From an uncultured Phycisphaeraceae bacterium (GTDB lineage: Bacteria > Planctomycetota > Phycisphaerae > Phycisphaerales > UBA1924), in contig CAYJPX010000004.1 of the NCBI GenBank assembly GCA_964372195.1, forward strand, positions 14,432-78,431: 64,000 nucleotides of DNA. The letters are read 5' to 3'. The stretch's first letter is position 1, and each line of letters starts with the position of its first letter. The position numbers and the translations under genes are program-made. Under the pieces are notes generated by a model. The model was not told where the DNA came from. It saw nothing but the letters and a program-made list of their open reading frames with translations, and ran no database searches. Shown in pieces: positions 10,913-21,433 of the stretch.

Positions 10913-12088
10913 ATGAACGCCAAGACCCTGAGAATCCTCGTCATCGCCACGCTCGTGTGCGTGGCCGCCGCGTTCGCCTTCCAGAAGCTCGGCGCCCCGG
11001 GCTCGGGCCAGGCCGACCTGCCCGACCGCGTCGCCCCCGGGCTCGCGGCCAGGCTCAACGAAGTCGCCGCGATCGAGATCACCGGCGCCGAGGGCGCCCT
11101 CCGGCTTGCCCGCGCGGGCGAGGAGTGGACCGTCGCCAGCAAGGACGGCTACCCGGCGAAGTTCGAGATCGTCAAGCAACTGCTCGTCGCGCTCGCCGAG
11201 CTTGCCCCGCGCGAACGGAAGACCACCGACCCCGAACGCTACACCCGGCTCGGCCTCGCCGACCCCGGCGCGAGCAGCGAGTCGCTGGGCGTCACGCTCG
11301 CCGCGGCCGACGGGTCGGAGATCGCCGGGTTTATCCTCGGCGAGCAGGTCGATGCCGGCGGCAAACCGCAGCGGTTTGTCCGCACCGCCGGCGACCCCCA
11401 GAGCTGGCTGGCGGAGGGCAAGATCGACGCGCCGACCGACGCCATGCGCTGGCTCGACGCCGCCATCACCCAGATCGCCCGCGACCGCGTCACGCGGGTG
11501 ACCATCACCCACCCCGACGCCGAGGTCGTGAGCCTCGCCCGCGAGCAGGGCGGCACCAACTACACCCTCGAGACCGTGCCGGAGGGCCGCACGCCGAAGC
11601 CCGCGGGGGAGGTCGGCGCGCCGGCCAGCGCGCTGGCATACCTGCGCTTCGACGATGTCCGCGCGGGCGGGGGGACGGACGGGCAAGCCGGCGACCCGGT
11701 CGTCGCGGTGTACGAGACCGCCGACGGCCTGCGGGTGACGGTGCGCACCTGGGAGGTCGAGGGCAAGTGGTGGGCGACCTTCGATGCCGAGGCAATCGCC
11801 GAGCCGACGGCGCCCGCCGGGGAATCTCCCGAGGACGAGGCTCCGTCAGCCGATCCCGCCGCCGATCCCCAGGCCGAGGCCGACACGCTCAATGCCAAGC
11901 TCTCGGGCTGGCTCTTCTCCATCCCCGAGTACCAGGCCAAGTCCTTCCGCAAACGCCTGGCCGACCTCACCGAGGAGCCCCAGCCGACCGAGGACGCGGC
12001 AGAGGGCGATCTCCTGGCGCCTCCCCCGGACAGGCCCGCGTCTGTCCCGAGTCTCGACGCGGTCGACCCTCCCAAGGGCGGCGGCTGA
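10913..12088 (+). CDS. DUF4340-like protein (fourth gene of the GldA/F/G-type module)
   Basis: N-terminal anchor MNAKTLRILVIATLVCVAAAFAF, and EWTVASKDGYPA-type repeats as in DUF4340. The C-terminus is an acidic, Pro-rich tail. Confidence 0.6.
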   Translation: MNAKTLRILVIATLVCVAAAFAFQKLGAPGSGQADLPDRVAPGLAARLNEVAAIEITGAEGALRLARAGEEWTVASKDGYPAKFEIVKQLLVALAELAPRERKTTDPERYTRLGLADPGASSESLGVTLAAADGSEIAGFILGEQVDAGGKPQRFVRTAGDPQSWLAEGKIDAPTDAMRWLDAAITQIARDRVTRVTITHPDAEVVSLAREQGGTNYTLETVPEGRTPKPAGEVGAPASALAYLRFDDVRAGGGTDGQAGDPVVAVYETADGLRVTVRTWEVEGKWWATFDAEAIAEPTAPAGESPEDEAPSADPAADPQAEADTLNAKLSGWLFSIPEYQAKSFRKRLADLTEEPQPTEDAAEGDLLAPPPDRPASVPSLDAVDPPKGGG

Positions 12089-12159
12089 GCCGCGGGTGTT
12101 TGGGGGCTGATCCCCTCCACGCCGGATCGGCCGTACCGGCGGCGTGATATCGTCTCCGG

Positions 12160-15090
12160 ATGACTACCCGCGCCCTGACGCTCGCCGTCTGCACCCTGCT
12201 CGCCGTGGCACTGCCCGGCGTCGCCCAGCCCGACGCCGACGGCTGGAGGCCGATCACCACCCCGGCCGCGTGGGAGACCCTCGGCGAGGAGTTCGCCGGG
12301 CTCGACGGCTTCGCGTGGTACCAGACCGCCGTCACCATCCCCGAGTCCTGGCGCGGCGGTCGGCCGCTGTTCATGGTCGGCGGGATCGACGACGCGGACG
12401 AGACCTACTTCAACGGCACGCGCATTGGCGCGACCGGCGCCATGCCGCCCGATGCGAAGACTGCCTGGAGCGAGCCCCGCAACTACACCATCCCCGCCGA
12501 CCTGCTCAAGCCGGGCGAGGCCAACACCATCGCGATCCGCGTGCACGACTCCGGCGGCGCCGGGGGGCTGACGACCAGCGCCCCGATGCTGCTCGGCCCG
12601 GGCGACGACATCAGGCTGCTCACCGACTGGCGCATCCGCGCCGGGGACGATGCGGCGTGGGCCTCGCCGGCGCTCACCGCGGCGCTCGGCGGTCTGGCCG
12701 CGCGGTCGGCCGGCCAGCCGGGCGACCCCCGTATCGCCAGGGCCATCCCGCCGCGCGAGCTGACCATGTGGTTCGACCGCCCCGCGGCGGCGTGGACGCA
12801 GGCCCTGCCGGTGGGCAACGGACGCCTGGGGGCGATGGTCTTCGGCGGCACCGCCGAGGAGCGCATCCAGCTCAACGAGGAGACCATCTGGGCAGGCCCG
12901 CCGGTCCCAACCCAGCGTGAGGGCGCCGCCGAGGCCCTCGCCCGTTCGCGCGAGCTCTACTTCGCGGGCAAGCCCGACGAGGCCGAGGCGTTGCTCCAGG
13001 CCGAGGCCCTCGCCGAACACATCGACCCCCGCAGCTACCAGCCGCTGGGCGACCTGCGCCTGCACTTCGAGGGGCTCGGCGAGGTCACCGCCTACCGACG
13101 GGCGCTCAACCTCGAACACGCGCTCGCGACCACCGCCTTTGTCGCCGACGGGTCGATGCATGTCCGCCGGGTCTTCGCCAGCCACCCCGACAATGTCATC
13201 GTCGTCCAGTTGCGCACAGAGACCCCCGGCGGGATGACCCTCACCGTGGCGCTCGACCGCCCCGCTGACTTTGAGACTGTGGCACTCGGCGAGACCGGCC
13301 TGGCGATCCGGGGCCGGGCCCAGCACGATGGCGAGCACCTCGGCGTGCGGTACGAGGGACAGCTCCGCGCGGTCGTCGAGGACGGCGCCGTCGCCGCGAC
13401 CGGGGCGGGGCTGCGCATCGAGGGGGCGAGCCAGGTGGTGCTCTACCTCACCGCCGCGACCGACTACAACATGGCCGACCCATCCGCCCCGCTCGAGCGG
13501 GACCTCGCCGCGGCCTGCGCCGCGACGCTCGACGCCGCGGCCGCCAAGGAGTACCGCCAGCTCATCACCGACCATGTGCGCGACCACGCGGGCCTCATGG
13601 GCCGGGTCGAGCTCGACCTGGGCGAGGGCTCACGCAAGCTCTCGACCGACCAGCGGCTCGCGCTGGTCCGCGCCGGGCGGATTGACCCGTCCCTGGAGGC
13701 CCTCTACTTCCAGTTCGGCCGCTACCTGCTCATCGGCTCCTCGCGCGAGGGCGACATGCCCGCCAACCTCCAGGGCCTGTGGAACGAGCACATGGAGGCG
13801 CCCTGGAACGCCGACTACCACACCAACATCAACCTGCAAATGAACTACTGGCCCGCGGAGGTCGCCAACCTCGCCGAGTGTCACGAGCCCATGCTCGCCT
13901 TCGTCGACCGCCTGCGCGCCGATGGCCGCCGGACCGCGGCGGCGTTCGGCTTCGGCGGGTGGGCGGCCGGGCATGTCTCCGACGCCTGGCTCTGGACCGC
14001 CCCCTCGGGGCAGGTCGTCTGGGGCATGTGGCTCATGGGCGGCGCCTGGTGCAGCCAGCACTGCATGGAGCACTACCGCTTCACCCGCGACCGCGAGTAC
14101 CTCGCCAACCACGGCTACCCGATCATCAAGGAGTCCGCCGAGTTCCTGCTCGGGTACCTCACCACCGACCCACGCCCCGGCCCGCGACAGGGGCTGCTCG
14201 TCGGGGGTCCCTCCACCTCGCCCGAGAACGCCTACCGCGACAGCCAGGGGCGAGTGCTCCACGCCGCCATGGGCACCGCGATGGACCAGCAGATCATCTG
14301 GGACAACCTCACCAACGCCCTGGAGGCCGCGGCGGCGCTGGAGATCGAGGACGACTTCACCGCCCGCTGCCGCGATGCGCTCGCCCGCCTCGCCCCCAGC
14401 CAGATCGGCCCCGACGGGCGCATCCTCGAGTGGGACCAGCCCTACGAGGAGCCCGAGCCCGGTCACCGCCACATGTCCCACCTCTGCGGCCTGCACCCGG
14501 GTCACCAGTTCAACTCGACCGACACCCCCGAATTCATGGCCGCCGCACGGGCCACGCTCGAGGCACGCCTCGCCCAGGGCGGCGGGCACACCGGCTGGAG
14601 CCGTGCCTGGATCATCAACTTCTTCGCCCGCCTCCGCGACGGCGACACCGCCCACCACCACATCGAGCAACTCCTCGCCAAGAGCACCCACCCCAACCTC
14701 TTCGACAACCACCCGCCCTTCCAGATCGACGGCAACTTCGGCGGCACGGCGGGCATCGCCGAGATGCTCATCCAGAGCCACGAGGGCGCCGCCGCCCAGC
14801 CGCTGGTCCGCCTCCTGCCCGCGTTGCCCGCTGCCTGGCCCACCGGCGTGGTCCGCGGCCTCCGCGCCCGCGGGGCCTTCGAGGTCGACATCGTCTGGAA
14901 CGACGGCGTGCTGGCCGCGGCCGAAATCCGATCACTGCAGGGGACGAGCTGCCGTGTGTGGTGCCCCCAGCAGTCCCGGATCTTCGCCAAGGGTGGCGAG
15001 CAGCTCGCCGAGACCGACGACACCGGGTTCGCGAGCTTCGAGACCAGCGTGGGCGCGGTCTACCGCATCGTCCCGAGCCGCGATCGCTGA
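12160..15090 (+). CDS. Glycoside hydrolase family 95 (alpha-L-fucosidase-like) with an N-terminal galactose-binding-like domain
   Basis: Signal peptide, then a GH2-type sugar-binding-like segment ([12 protein letters not shown]...DETYFNG). The GH95 core follows: [27 protein letters not shown]...[36 protein letters not shown]. Confidence 0.85.
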   Translation: MTTRALTLAVCTLLAVALPGVAQPDADGWRPITTPAAWETLGEEFAGLDGFAWYQTAVTIPESWRGGRPLFMVGGIDDADETYFNGTRIGATGAMPPDAKTAWSEPRNYTIPADLLKPGEANTIAIRVHDSGGAGGLTTSAPMLLGPGDDIRLLTDWRIRAGDDAAWASPALTAALGGLAARSAGQPGDPRIARAIPPRELTMWFDRPAAAWTQALPVGNGRLGAMVFGGTAEERIQLNEETIWAGPPVPTQREGAAEALARSRELYFAGKPDEAEALLQAEALAEHIDPRSYQPLGDLRLHFEGLGEVTAYRRALNLEHALATTAFVADGSMHVRRVFASHPDNVIVVQLRTETPGGMTLTVALDRPADFETVALGETGLAIRGRAQHDGEHLGVRYEGQLRAVVEDGAVAATGAGLRIEGASQVVLYLTAATDYNMADPSAPLERDLAAACAATLDAAAAKEYRQLITDHVRDHAGLMGRVELDLGEGSRKLSTDQRLALVRAGRIDPSLEALYFQFGRYLLIGSSREGDMPANLQGLWNEHMEAPWNADYHTNINLQMNYWPAEVANLAECHEPMLAFVDRLRADGRRTAAAFGFGGWAAGHVSDAWLWTAPSGQVVWGMWLMGGAWCSQHCMEHYRFTRDREYLANHGYPIIKESAEFLLGYLTTDPRPGPRQGLLVGGPSTSPENAYRDSQGRVLHAAMGTAMDQQIIWDNLTNALEAAAALEIEDDFTARCRDALARLAPSQIGPDGRILEWDQPYEEPEPGHRHMSHLCGLHPGHQFNSTDTPEFMAAARATLEARLAQGGGHTGWSRAWIINFFARLRDGDTAHHHIEQLLAKSTHPNLFDNHPPFQIDGNFGGTAGIAEMLIQSHEGAAAQPLVRLLPALPAAWPTGVVRGLRARGAFEVDIVWNDGVLAAAEIRSLQGTSCRVWCPQQSRIFAKGGEQLAETDDTGFASFETSVGAVYRIVPSRDR

Positions 15091-15170
15091 GCGGCCAGGG
15101 CGGGCTGCACGCACGGTCCCGTTCGTACGGTTTCCACACCCGCGCATCGCGGTTGCTCCCTGCGCGCCTC

Positions 15171-15238
15171 GATTCGAGATTTGAGATTTGCGATTTGAGA
15201 TTCGAGATTCGAGATTTGAGATTTGAGATTTGAGATCT
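15171..15238. repeat. Heptanucleotide tandem repeat, (GATTYGA)n, about 9.5 units
   Basis: Read directly from the sequence: gattcga gatttga gatttgc gatttga gattcga gattcga gatttga gatttga gatttga gatct. The tract is about 30% GC in a roughly 70% GC genome. Confidence 0.95.
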
Positions 15239-15371
15239 GGGCTCCTTGCGTCAAGCGGCGCCCGTTCCGGATCTATCCAACGCCACCGCCGGAGCCTGCC
15301 CCCTCCGCATTCTCGCTGCCCTCCCGGGGAATACAGTCGCCCCGTCCGAGCTTCACTCGGAGGAGGCCCGC

Positions 15372-17654
15372 GTGTCGACCACTGCCACACCAACCCCCAC
15401 GGAATCGCCCGACCTCGTCCGCCTCCGGATCGAGGGCATGCACTGCGCCGGGTGCACGGGCAAGGTGGAGACCGCCCTGCGGGGCATGCCCGGCGTGACC
15501 GGCGCCGAGGTCAGCCTCACCGGCGCGATGGCGGTCGTCGAGGGAGACGCCCTCGACCCGGCGGCCCTCGTCCGAGCCGTCCGCTCCACCGGCTTCGGCG
15601 CCGAGCCGATGATCCGGCGCGAGTCCCTCGCCGAGCGCCGCGAGGCGATGGAGGCCCGACGCCAACGCACCGTCAAGCGCTGGCGCAGCCGAGTGATCGT
15701 CGGCGGCCTGATCTGGCTGCCGCTCGAAACGCTCCACTGGTTCGATGGTGCTCTGGGTATCGAAGCGCACTCGGGGGCGTGGCTCTGGGGCAGCGTCCTC
15801 GGCGCCACGATCGCGCTGGTCTGGGTCGGGAGTGCCTTCTACACCTCCGCGTTCAAGGCCGCCCTCTCGCGCTCCACCAACATGGACACGCTGGTCTCGA
15901 TCGGCGCGACCGCGGCCTTCTGCCTCTCGATCGCCAACCTCATCCGCATGCAGGCCGGCGTGCACGGCCTGCCGCTCTACTTTACCGAGGCCGCCGGGCT
16001 GCTCTGCCTGATCGCCACCGGGCACTGGCTCGAGGCCTCGATGACCGCCCGCGCCGGCGTCGCCCTGCGCGAGCTGCTCGCGCTCCAGCCCGACGAGGTC
16101 ACCCGCCTGGCCTCGCCCGACGCGGCCGAGGGCCAGACCGTGCGCACCGAGGCGGTCATGCCCGGCGACCTGGTGCTCGTCCGCCCCGGCGAGCGCGTCG
16201 CGGTCGATGGCCAGATCGTCGCCGGGGCCTCGTCGATCGACGAGTCGGTTGTCACCGGCGAGTCCATCCCCGTCGACCGCGCCGAGGGCGGGCCCGTCGT
16301 GGCCGGCAGCATGAACCTCACCGGGCGGCTGGTCGTCCGCTCGACCACCGACGGCTCGTCGACCACCCTCGCCCGCATCGCCGAGATCGTGCTCAACGCC
16401 CAGTCGGGCAAGACGCAGATCCAACGCCTCGCCGACAAGGTCTCGTCGATCTTCGTCCCGGCGGTGCTGGGGATCGCGGCGGTGACGCTGGTGCTGTGGG
16501 GCCTGCTGGCGGGCGACTGGGTGACCGGCATCCTCAGCGCGACGACCGTGCTGGTGATCTCCTGCCCGTGCGCGCTGGGTTTGGCGACGCCCACCGCCGT
16601 CATGGTCGGCTCCGGGGCCGCCAGCAAGCGGGGCATCCTTATCCGCACCGCCGAGGCGCTCGAGCGATCGGCGGGCGTGCGGGCGGTCGCCTTCGACAAG
16701 ACGGGCACCCTCACCCTCGGCACGCCCCGGGTGGTGCAGGCCGACGACGAGACGCTCGCCCGCGCCGCCGCCATCGCCGGTGGGAGCACGCACCCGCTCT
16801 CGGTGGCGATCGTCGAGGCGGCCCGCGCGCGGGGCCTCACCCCGCCCCGGGCCGGCAACATCGCCGAGACCCCAGGGGTCGGCCTCACCGGCATGGTGAT
16901 GGGCGAGCGCATCGAGATCATCTCCGCGGCCCGCGCCGCCGAGCAGGGCCTGCAACTCCCCGACACCCCCGATGACGCCAGCGTCAGCGCCGTGCTCGTG
17001 GCGGGCCGGCTCGCCGGCGTCATCGCCTTCCGCGATGAGCCCCGGCGGGAGGCGGCCGACCTGCTCAACCACCTCCGCTCCCTGGGCATCGAGGCCCACC
17101 TGCTCAGCGGCGACCGCCCGACCGTCGTCCGGGCCATCGGCGAGCGCCTCGGCCTCGACCCCGAGCACACCCACGCCGGGCTCAGCCCCACAGACAAGGT
17201 CGACCGCGTGCGCACGCTCGCGGGCGCTGCCGGCGGCGGTCCACCGAGGACCCTCGCCATGGTTGGCGACGGGATCAACGACGCGGCCGCCCTGGCCGAG
17301 GCCGGGGCCGCCGGGGGCATCGGCATCGCCATCGGCACGGGCGCCAATGTGGCCATCGAGAGTGCCGGGGTGGTCATCCCCGGTGAGAACATCGCCGCCC
17401 TGGCCGAGTTCCTCGCCATCGGCCGGCTCACCGTCCGCACCATCAAGCAGAACCTCACGCTCTCCTTCGCCTACAACACCGTCGCCATCCCCGCGGCCGC
17501 GTTCGGGCTGCTGGGCGTCCATGGCCCGATCATCGCGGCGCTGGCCATGGCCTTCAGCGATGTCTCGGTCATCGGCAACTCGCTCCGCCTGGCGGCCCGG
17601 CTTCGGCGTCCGGGGCCTATCGCCGGTCGGATTGCCGGTCGGATTGCCGGGTAG
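15372..17654 (+). CDS. copA: Copper-translocating P1B-type ATPase
   Basis: HMA domain GMHCAGCTGKVE, CPC motif SCPCALGLATP, phosphorylation site DKTGTLT, and hinge GDGINDAAAL. A GTG start at 15372 is preceded by GGAGGA. Confidence 0.9.
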   Translation: MSTTATPTPTESPDLVRLRIEGMHCAGCTGKVETALRGMPGVTGAEVSLTGAMAVVEGDALDPAALVRAVRSTGFGAEPMIRRESLAERREAMEARRQRTVKRWRSRVIVGGLIWLPLETLHWFDGALGIEAHSGAWLWGSVLGATIALVWVGSAFYTSAFKAALSRSTNMDTLVSIGATAAFCLSIANLIRMQAGVHGLPLYFTEAAGLLCLIATGHWLEASMTARAGVALRELLALQPDEVTRLASPDAAEGQTVRTEAVMPGDLVLVRPGERVAVDGQIVAGASSIDESVVTGESIPVDRAEGGPVVAGSMNLTGRLVVRSTTDGSSTTLARIAEIVLNAQSGKTQIQRLADKVSSIFVPAVLGIAAVTLVLWGLLAGDWVTGILSATTVLVISCPCALGLATPTAVMVGSGAASKRGILIRTAEALERSAGVRAVAFDKTGTLTLGTPRVVQADDETLARAAAIAGGSTHPLSVAIVEAARARGLTPPRAGNIAETPGVGLTGMVMGERIEIISAARAAEQGLQLPDTPDDASVSAVLVAGRLAGVIAFRDEPRREAADLLNHLRSLGIEAHLLSGDRPTVVRAIGERLGLDPEHTHAGLSPTDKVDRVRTLAGAAGGGPPRTLAMVGDGINDAAALAEAGAAGGIGIAIGTGANVAIESAGVVIPGENIAALAEFLAIGRLTVRTIKQNLTLSFAYNTVAIPAAAFGLLGVHGPIIAALAMAFSDVSVIGNSLRLAARLRRPGPIAGRIAGRIAG

Positions 17655-17696
17655 GCCGCGGCGCGGTAGGCTCGGGGTCCCTCCCGGAGCCCAGCC

Positions 17697-18974
17697 ATGC
17701 ACGCCCGCGTCACCACGCCGTCCGCCCGAACCATCCGAGCCAGCCGAACCACCCCAACCGCCCTCACCCTCATGGGGATCGCCATGACCGCAAGCCTTGC
17801 CGGCTGCCACGCCGGCAGCCCGAACCGCTCGTTCGGCGATGATGTCGCCTACCTCCGCCAATACACGACCTCGACAGTCGTCCTCGGCGAGGACGCTACC
17901 GGCCCACGGGTCGCGGTCGTCGCCGACTACCAGGGTCGCGTGATGACCTCCTCGGCGACCGGCGACACGGGCACGAGCTACGGCTGGCTCAACTACGACC
18001 ACATCGCCGCGGGCGAGATCGTCCCCCACATCAATGTCTACGGCGGCGAGGAGCGGTTCTGGCTCGGGCCCGAGGGTGGCCAGTTCTCGCTGTTCTTCGA
18101 GGCCGGCGACGGGTTCAACCTCGACGACTGGCAGACGCCGCCGGCGGTCGATTCCGAGCCCTTCGAGCTCGTCGAGCACGACGCGACGCGCGCCCGCTTC
18201 CGCCGGGTCGCGTCGCTGACCAACTATTCGGGCACCGTGTTCAACCTGCGGATCGACCGCGAGGTTGTGCTCCTCAGCGACTCGGAGATCGTCCAGGCCC
18301 TGGGCACGCCGATCGGCGAGGCCAACGCCGTCGCCTACGAGACCCGCAACAAGGTCACCAACATCGGCGAGCGAGGCTGGGACAAGGACACCGGCCTGGT
18401 CTCGATCTGGCTGCTGGGCATGTTCAAGCCGGGCCCGCGCACGACGGTCGTCCTGCCCTTCCGCGAGGGGCCCGAGGACCAGCTCGGCCGGATCGTCAAC
18501 GACGAGTACTTCGGCAAGGTGCCCGCCGAACGCCTGGTCGTCGGCGATGGCAGGCTCTTCTTCCGCGCCGACACCCAGTACCGCTCCAAGATCGGCCTCA
18601 GCCCCCTGCGGGCCACCCCCGTCGCCGGCTCGTGGGACCCCGACCCGGGGGTGCTGACCATCGTCCAGTTCTCCTACCCGGGCCCGGAGGTCACCGACTA
18701 TGTGAACTCCATGTGGGAGATGCAGGACCAGCCCTTCGCCGGCGACACCATCAACAGCTACAACGACGGCCCGACCACCCCCGGCGGCAAGGCCCTCGGC
18801 GGGTTCTACGAGATCGAGACCTCCAGCCCGGCCCTCGCCCTCGGGCGTGGGGAGACCGGCACCCATACCAGCCGAACGATCCACATCGAGGGCGGTCGCC
18901 GAGACCTGGACATGGTCGCCCGGCGAGTCCTCGGCGTCGGGCTCGACGAGATCGAGCGGGTGTTCGGCTCCTGA
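17697..18974 (+). CDS. Hypothetical lipoprotein (family not recognised)
   Basis: Lipobox SLAGC after a positively charged N-terminus, with coherent high-GC3 coding. I cannot name any motif. Confidence 0.55.
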   Translation: MHARVTTPSARTIRASRTTPTALTLMGIAMTASLAGCHAGSPNRSFGDDVAYLRQYTTSTVVLGEDATGPRVAVVADYQGRVMTSSATGDTGTSYGWLNYDHIAAGEIVPHINVYGGEERFWLGPEGGQFSLFFEAGDGFNLDDWQTPPAVDSEPFELVEHDATRARFRRVASLTNYSGTVFNLRIDREVVLLSDSEIVQALGTPIGEANAVAYETRNKVTNIGERGWDKDTGLVSIWLLGMFKPGPRTTVVLPFREGPEDQLGRIVNDEYFGKVPAERLVVGDGRLFFRADTQYRSKIGLSPLRATPVAGSWDPDPGVLTIVQFSYPGPEVTDYVNSMWEMQDQPFAGDTINSYNDGPTTPGGKALGGFYEIETSSPALALGRGETGTHTSRTIHIEGGRRDLDMVARRVLGVGLDEIERVFGS

Positions 18975-19045
18975 GGCTGGCGCCCGCGGAGGATCGACTC
19001 CCGGGCCGAGCGCGCATACGGTATATCCATATCCGGAGATTTTGT

Positions 19046-19417
19046 ATGCCCGCCCTCACCCACGCCATCGTCTATGTCTCCGACATGGCCCGCTCGACGG
19101 AGTTCTACCGCGACACGCTCGGCCTGGCGGTCCGCAAGGCCACGCCCGTCTGGACCGAGTTTGCCACCGGCAGCACCATCCTCGCTCTCCACGCCACCCC
19201 GCCCGACGAGAAGCCCGTCGGTGAGTCCAAGCTGCCGCCGCCCGGCGCCGGCCAGATCGGGCTGACCGTGCCGGACCTCGACGACTACCACGACCGGCTG
19301 TTCCTCGCCGGAGTGCGGGTCGTGCGGGCGCCGCGACGCGAGGAGTTCGGCACGCGGATCGCTCACTACCTCGACCCCGACGGCATGGCGATCGCGGTCA
19401 GCGAGCGTCGCCGGTAG
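19046..19417 (+). CDS. VOC-family (glyoxalase/bleomycin-resistance fold) protein
   Basis: MPALTHAIVYVSDMARSTEFYRDTLGL... and ...HYLDPDGMAIAV, typical of VOC-family beta-alpha-beta-beta-beta modules. Confidence 0.85.
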   Translation: MPALTHAIVYVSDMARSTEFYRDTLGLAVRKATPVWTEFATGSTILALHATPPDEKPVGESKLPPPGAGQIGLTVPDLDDYHDRLFLAGVRVVRAPRREEFGTRIAHYLDPDGMAIAVSERRR

Positions 19418-19429
19418 CGGCGCAAAGAG

Positions 19430-19461
19430 AACGCGAGGGCCACCGGAGCGGCCCTCGCGTT
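19430..19461. terminator. Perfect 12-bp stem hairpin between convergent genes (candidate bidirectional terminator)
   Basis: AACGCGAGGGCC-accggagc-GGCCCTCGCGTT, lying between the VOC gene stop (19417) and the PEP-CTERM gene stop (19484). Confidence 0.55.
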
Positions 19462-19483
19462 GGATCGTCGTTGAACCGGATTG

Positions 19484-20149
19484 TCAGTCGCGGCGACGCC
19501 GGACACCTCTCGCGCCGGCCAAGCCCAGCAGGCCGCAGGCGGCCAGCGCGGCGGTGCCGGGGAGCGGCACCACGGTGAGGGGGCTGTTCACAAACCCATC
19601 GCTATCCTCTTTGTCCCCGATCGACCGGATATGGAGGCCGATGCGAAGGGACCCATCCGCCAGCGCCGCAAGGGTATCGGCGTAGGTCTGCGTGCCCTGG
19701 AGGGTGAAGTTGATCTTCAGCCACTCGTCCGCCGCATCCACGCCGTCTTGGGTGTTGCCGTCTGCTTGCGTTGAAAACGCCTGCGTCGCGACGAACGCCG
19801 GATCGATGTCATTCCCGCCAGGAAGGTCGGCCGGGGTTGCGCCCCCGACATAGTCGACGCCGCCGGACGAGGTGATCTCCGCAATCTCCAGCAGCGTGCC
19901 GTCGTCGAAGTAGACCTCCGTGATCGACGAGGCGATGCCGACATTGTTGTAGAAAGTGAAATCGACTGTTCCGCCAGCGCCCGCGGTCACATCGACCGAC
20001 AACTGCGAGGCGATATCTTCGTCGGCGTTGTCCGTGATCCTGAAGAAGCTGTAGACCGGATCCGCCCATGCCGCGCTGCTCAATCCCGCGACAGCCAGCA
20101 GGCTGCACGCCAGCGTTCCCCGTGTTCTGCCCTTCTGAAGCACTCCCAT
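19484..20149 (-). CDS. PEP-CTERM-anchored secreted protein (paralog 1)
   Basis: Signal peptide MGVLQKGRTRGTLACSLLAVAGLSSAAWA. C-terminal sorting signal VVPLPGTAALAACGLLGLAGARGVRRRRD. GGGAGG Shine-Dalgarno before the ATG at 20149. Confidence 0.8.
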   Translation of the reverse strand: MGVLQKGRTRGTLACSLLAVAGLSSAAWADPVYSFFRITDNADEDIASQLSVDVTAGAGGTVDFTFYNNVGIASSITEVYFDDGTLLEIAEITSSGGVDYVGGATPADLPGGNDIDPAFVATQAFSTQADGNTQDGVDAADEWLKINFTLQGTQTYADTLAALADGSLRIGLHIRSIGDKEDSDGFVNSPLTVVPLPGTAALAACGLLGLAGARGVRRRRD

Positions 20150-20540
20150 GCTTGTCGACCTCCCTACTCGTCGGCCCGCGTACAACGACGCGCATTGTTC
20201 ACCGGCGTGGCTTTCCCCCCCCGGGAAGAGTCCACACGCACGGGCCACCAAGGAGTATCTCCGGGTGGCGGAGACCACGCAAGCACCGCTCATCCGTTTT
20301 GGAGGAAAAACTAGAGACAGCTCTTGCAACGGATACGCATCTCGCGAATGCTCTCGACGCGAGGCCACGGCTCTGGGCCTTCCGCCCGAGCGCAGATCTC
20401 CCCGTTGACCCTCTTGTCACAACCGCCGTGGGGTGTTGATGCGTGTCCCGCAGGAGCCTCCCTTTGCTGCAGCGGAGTTCGGGGTCCCCTGACGATCGCG
20501 GATGGTATTCCGGATGTGTCCGGAGGTTTCCGACAGCGGG

Positions 20541-20577
20541 GCAAAAACACGCGAGGCCCGGACTCGCCGGGCCTCGC
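20541..20577 (-). terminator. Rho-independent terminator of PEP-CTERM paralog 2
   Basis: GCGAGGCCCGG-actcg-CCGGGCCTCGC (20551-20577), followed on the minus strand by GTGTTTTTG. Confidence 0.65.
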
Positions 20578-20600
20578 CGAAAGCCGGATCGTGTCGACAC

Positions 20601-21242
20601 TCAGCGCCGGCGACGCGCCCCGAGCAGCCCGAGTCCCGCGAGCGAGAGCACGGCCGCCGACGGCAGCGGGATGACCTGCACCTCTCCGTTGCGCCCCCAG
20701 ATGCTGGATGCGCCCTCCACGCCCTGCACATGCTCCACGATGCGGAACGCCGGCGTTTCACCGGACAGCGCGTCGATGATGTCCTGGAAGCTGTAGTCGT
20801 CGTATTCGAACTCGAACACGACCTGCTCGCCCTGGTCGATCCCGTCCTTGTTCGGCCCGGACCGCTTCGCACCGGCGTCGAACAGGTTGCCCTGCCACGC
20901 CCCGCCGAAGCCGGCGATCGAGCCGGGCGGGGAGCCCGGGTGGGCGCCCTGCTCGAAGTCGACGCCCGCGGGCTGCGGGTTCTGCACCTCCCCGTCCTTG
21001 AGGGCGTCGCTCGAGAAGTCCGTCTCTTCGATGTAGATCGAGCGGACGAAGCTGGCCACGGTGGAGTCGTTGTGGAACACGAATTCGGCGTGTGTCCCCT
21101 GGTCCACCACATCGACCCAGAGGTCGAGGCCCGACACATCCGCACCGTCGGCGTTCTCAAAGACGAACAGGTCGATCCGGTCGGCGCTCGCCGCCGACAC
21201 TGCGCCCGCAACGGCTGCAATCATCGCCACACGAACAGTCAT
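20601..21242 (-). CDS. PEP-CTERM-anchored secreted protein (paralog 2)
   Basis: Signal peptide MTVRVAMIAAVAGAVSAASA. C-terminus VIPLPSAAVLSLAGLGLLGARRRR. It shares the F.F.N......S.I..(V/I)Y(F/I) core with paralog 1 (DFTFYNNVGIASSITEVYFDD versus EFVFHNDSTVASFVRSIYIEE). Confidence 0.8.
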   Translation of the reverse strand: MTVRVAMIAAVAGAVSAASADRIDLFVFENADGADVSGLDLWVDVVDQGTHAEFVFHNDSTVASFVRSIYIEETDFSSDALKDGEVQNPQPAGVDFEQGAHPGSPPGSIAGFGGAWQGNLFDAGAKRSGPNKDGIDQGEQVVFEFEYDDYSFQDIIDALSGETPAFRIVEHVQGVEGASSIWGRNGEVQVIPLPSAAVLSLAGLGLLGARRRR

Positions 21243-21433
21243 GGCTCCGCTCCTCTTTCCCACATGACGATACCGCCGCCCCTCCTGGGGCTCTCTCAGG
21301 CCAAGAGTTTACCCCGATGGGGGGCGGTGGCAAGCAAATGGCGCCCCGAGCCGGGGATTTTCCATACCCACACCGGTTGGTCCGATTCGTTCTGGGCCCG
21401 CGGGCGACGGCGCGGGCCGATTATGAGACCGCG

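Noticed and set aside
7219-12088. Reading the GldA/GldF/GldG-like plus DUF4340 operon as evidence for Bacteroidetes-type gliding motility or as a novel system.
   Set aside because: This four-gene ABC-2 module is widespread in non-gliding bacteria, including Planctomycetota. No other gld/spr genes are present here, so I treat it as an ordinary transporter of unknown substrate.
15171-15238. The possibility that the repeat tract is a CRISPR array.
   Set aside because: The units are contiguous 7-mers with no spacers, far too short for CRISPR repeats. No cas genes are nearby.
15273-18884. A 1203-aa minus-strand ORF, with similar giants at 7716-10907 (-), 5482-8001 (-), 38016-region antisense frames, 39769-41688 (-), 48499-50691 (+) and 21092-23206 (+).
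   Set aside because: These are Arg/Gly/Pro/Asp-rich low-complexity translations lying antisense to, or out of frame with, genes that have unmistakable family motifs (copA, the ABC module, acnA, DUF885). They are classic shadow ORFs of stop-poor high-GC DNA.
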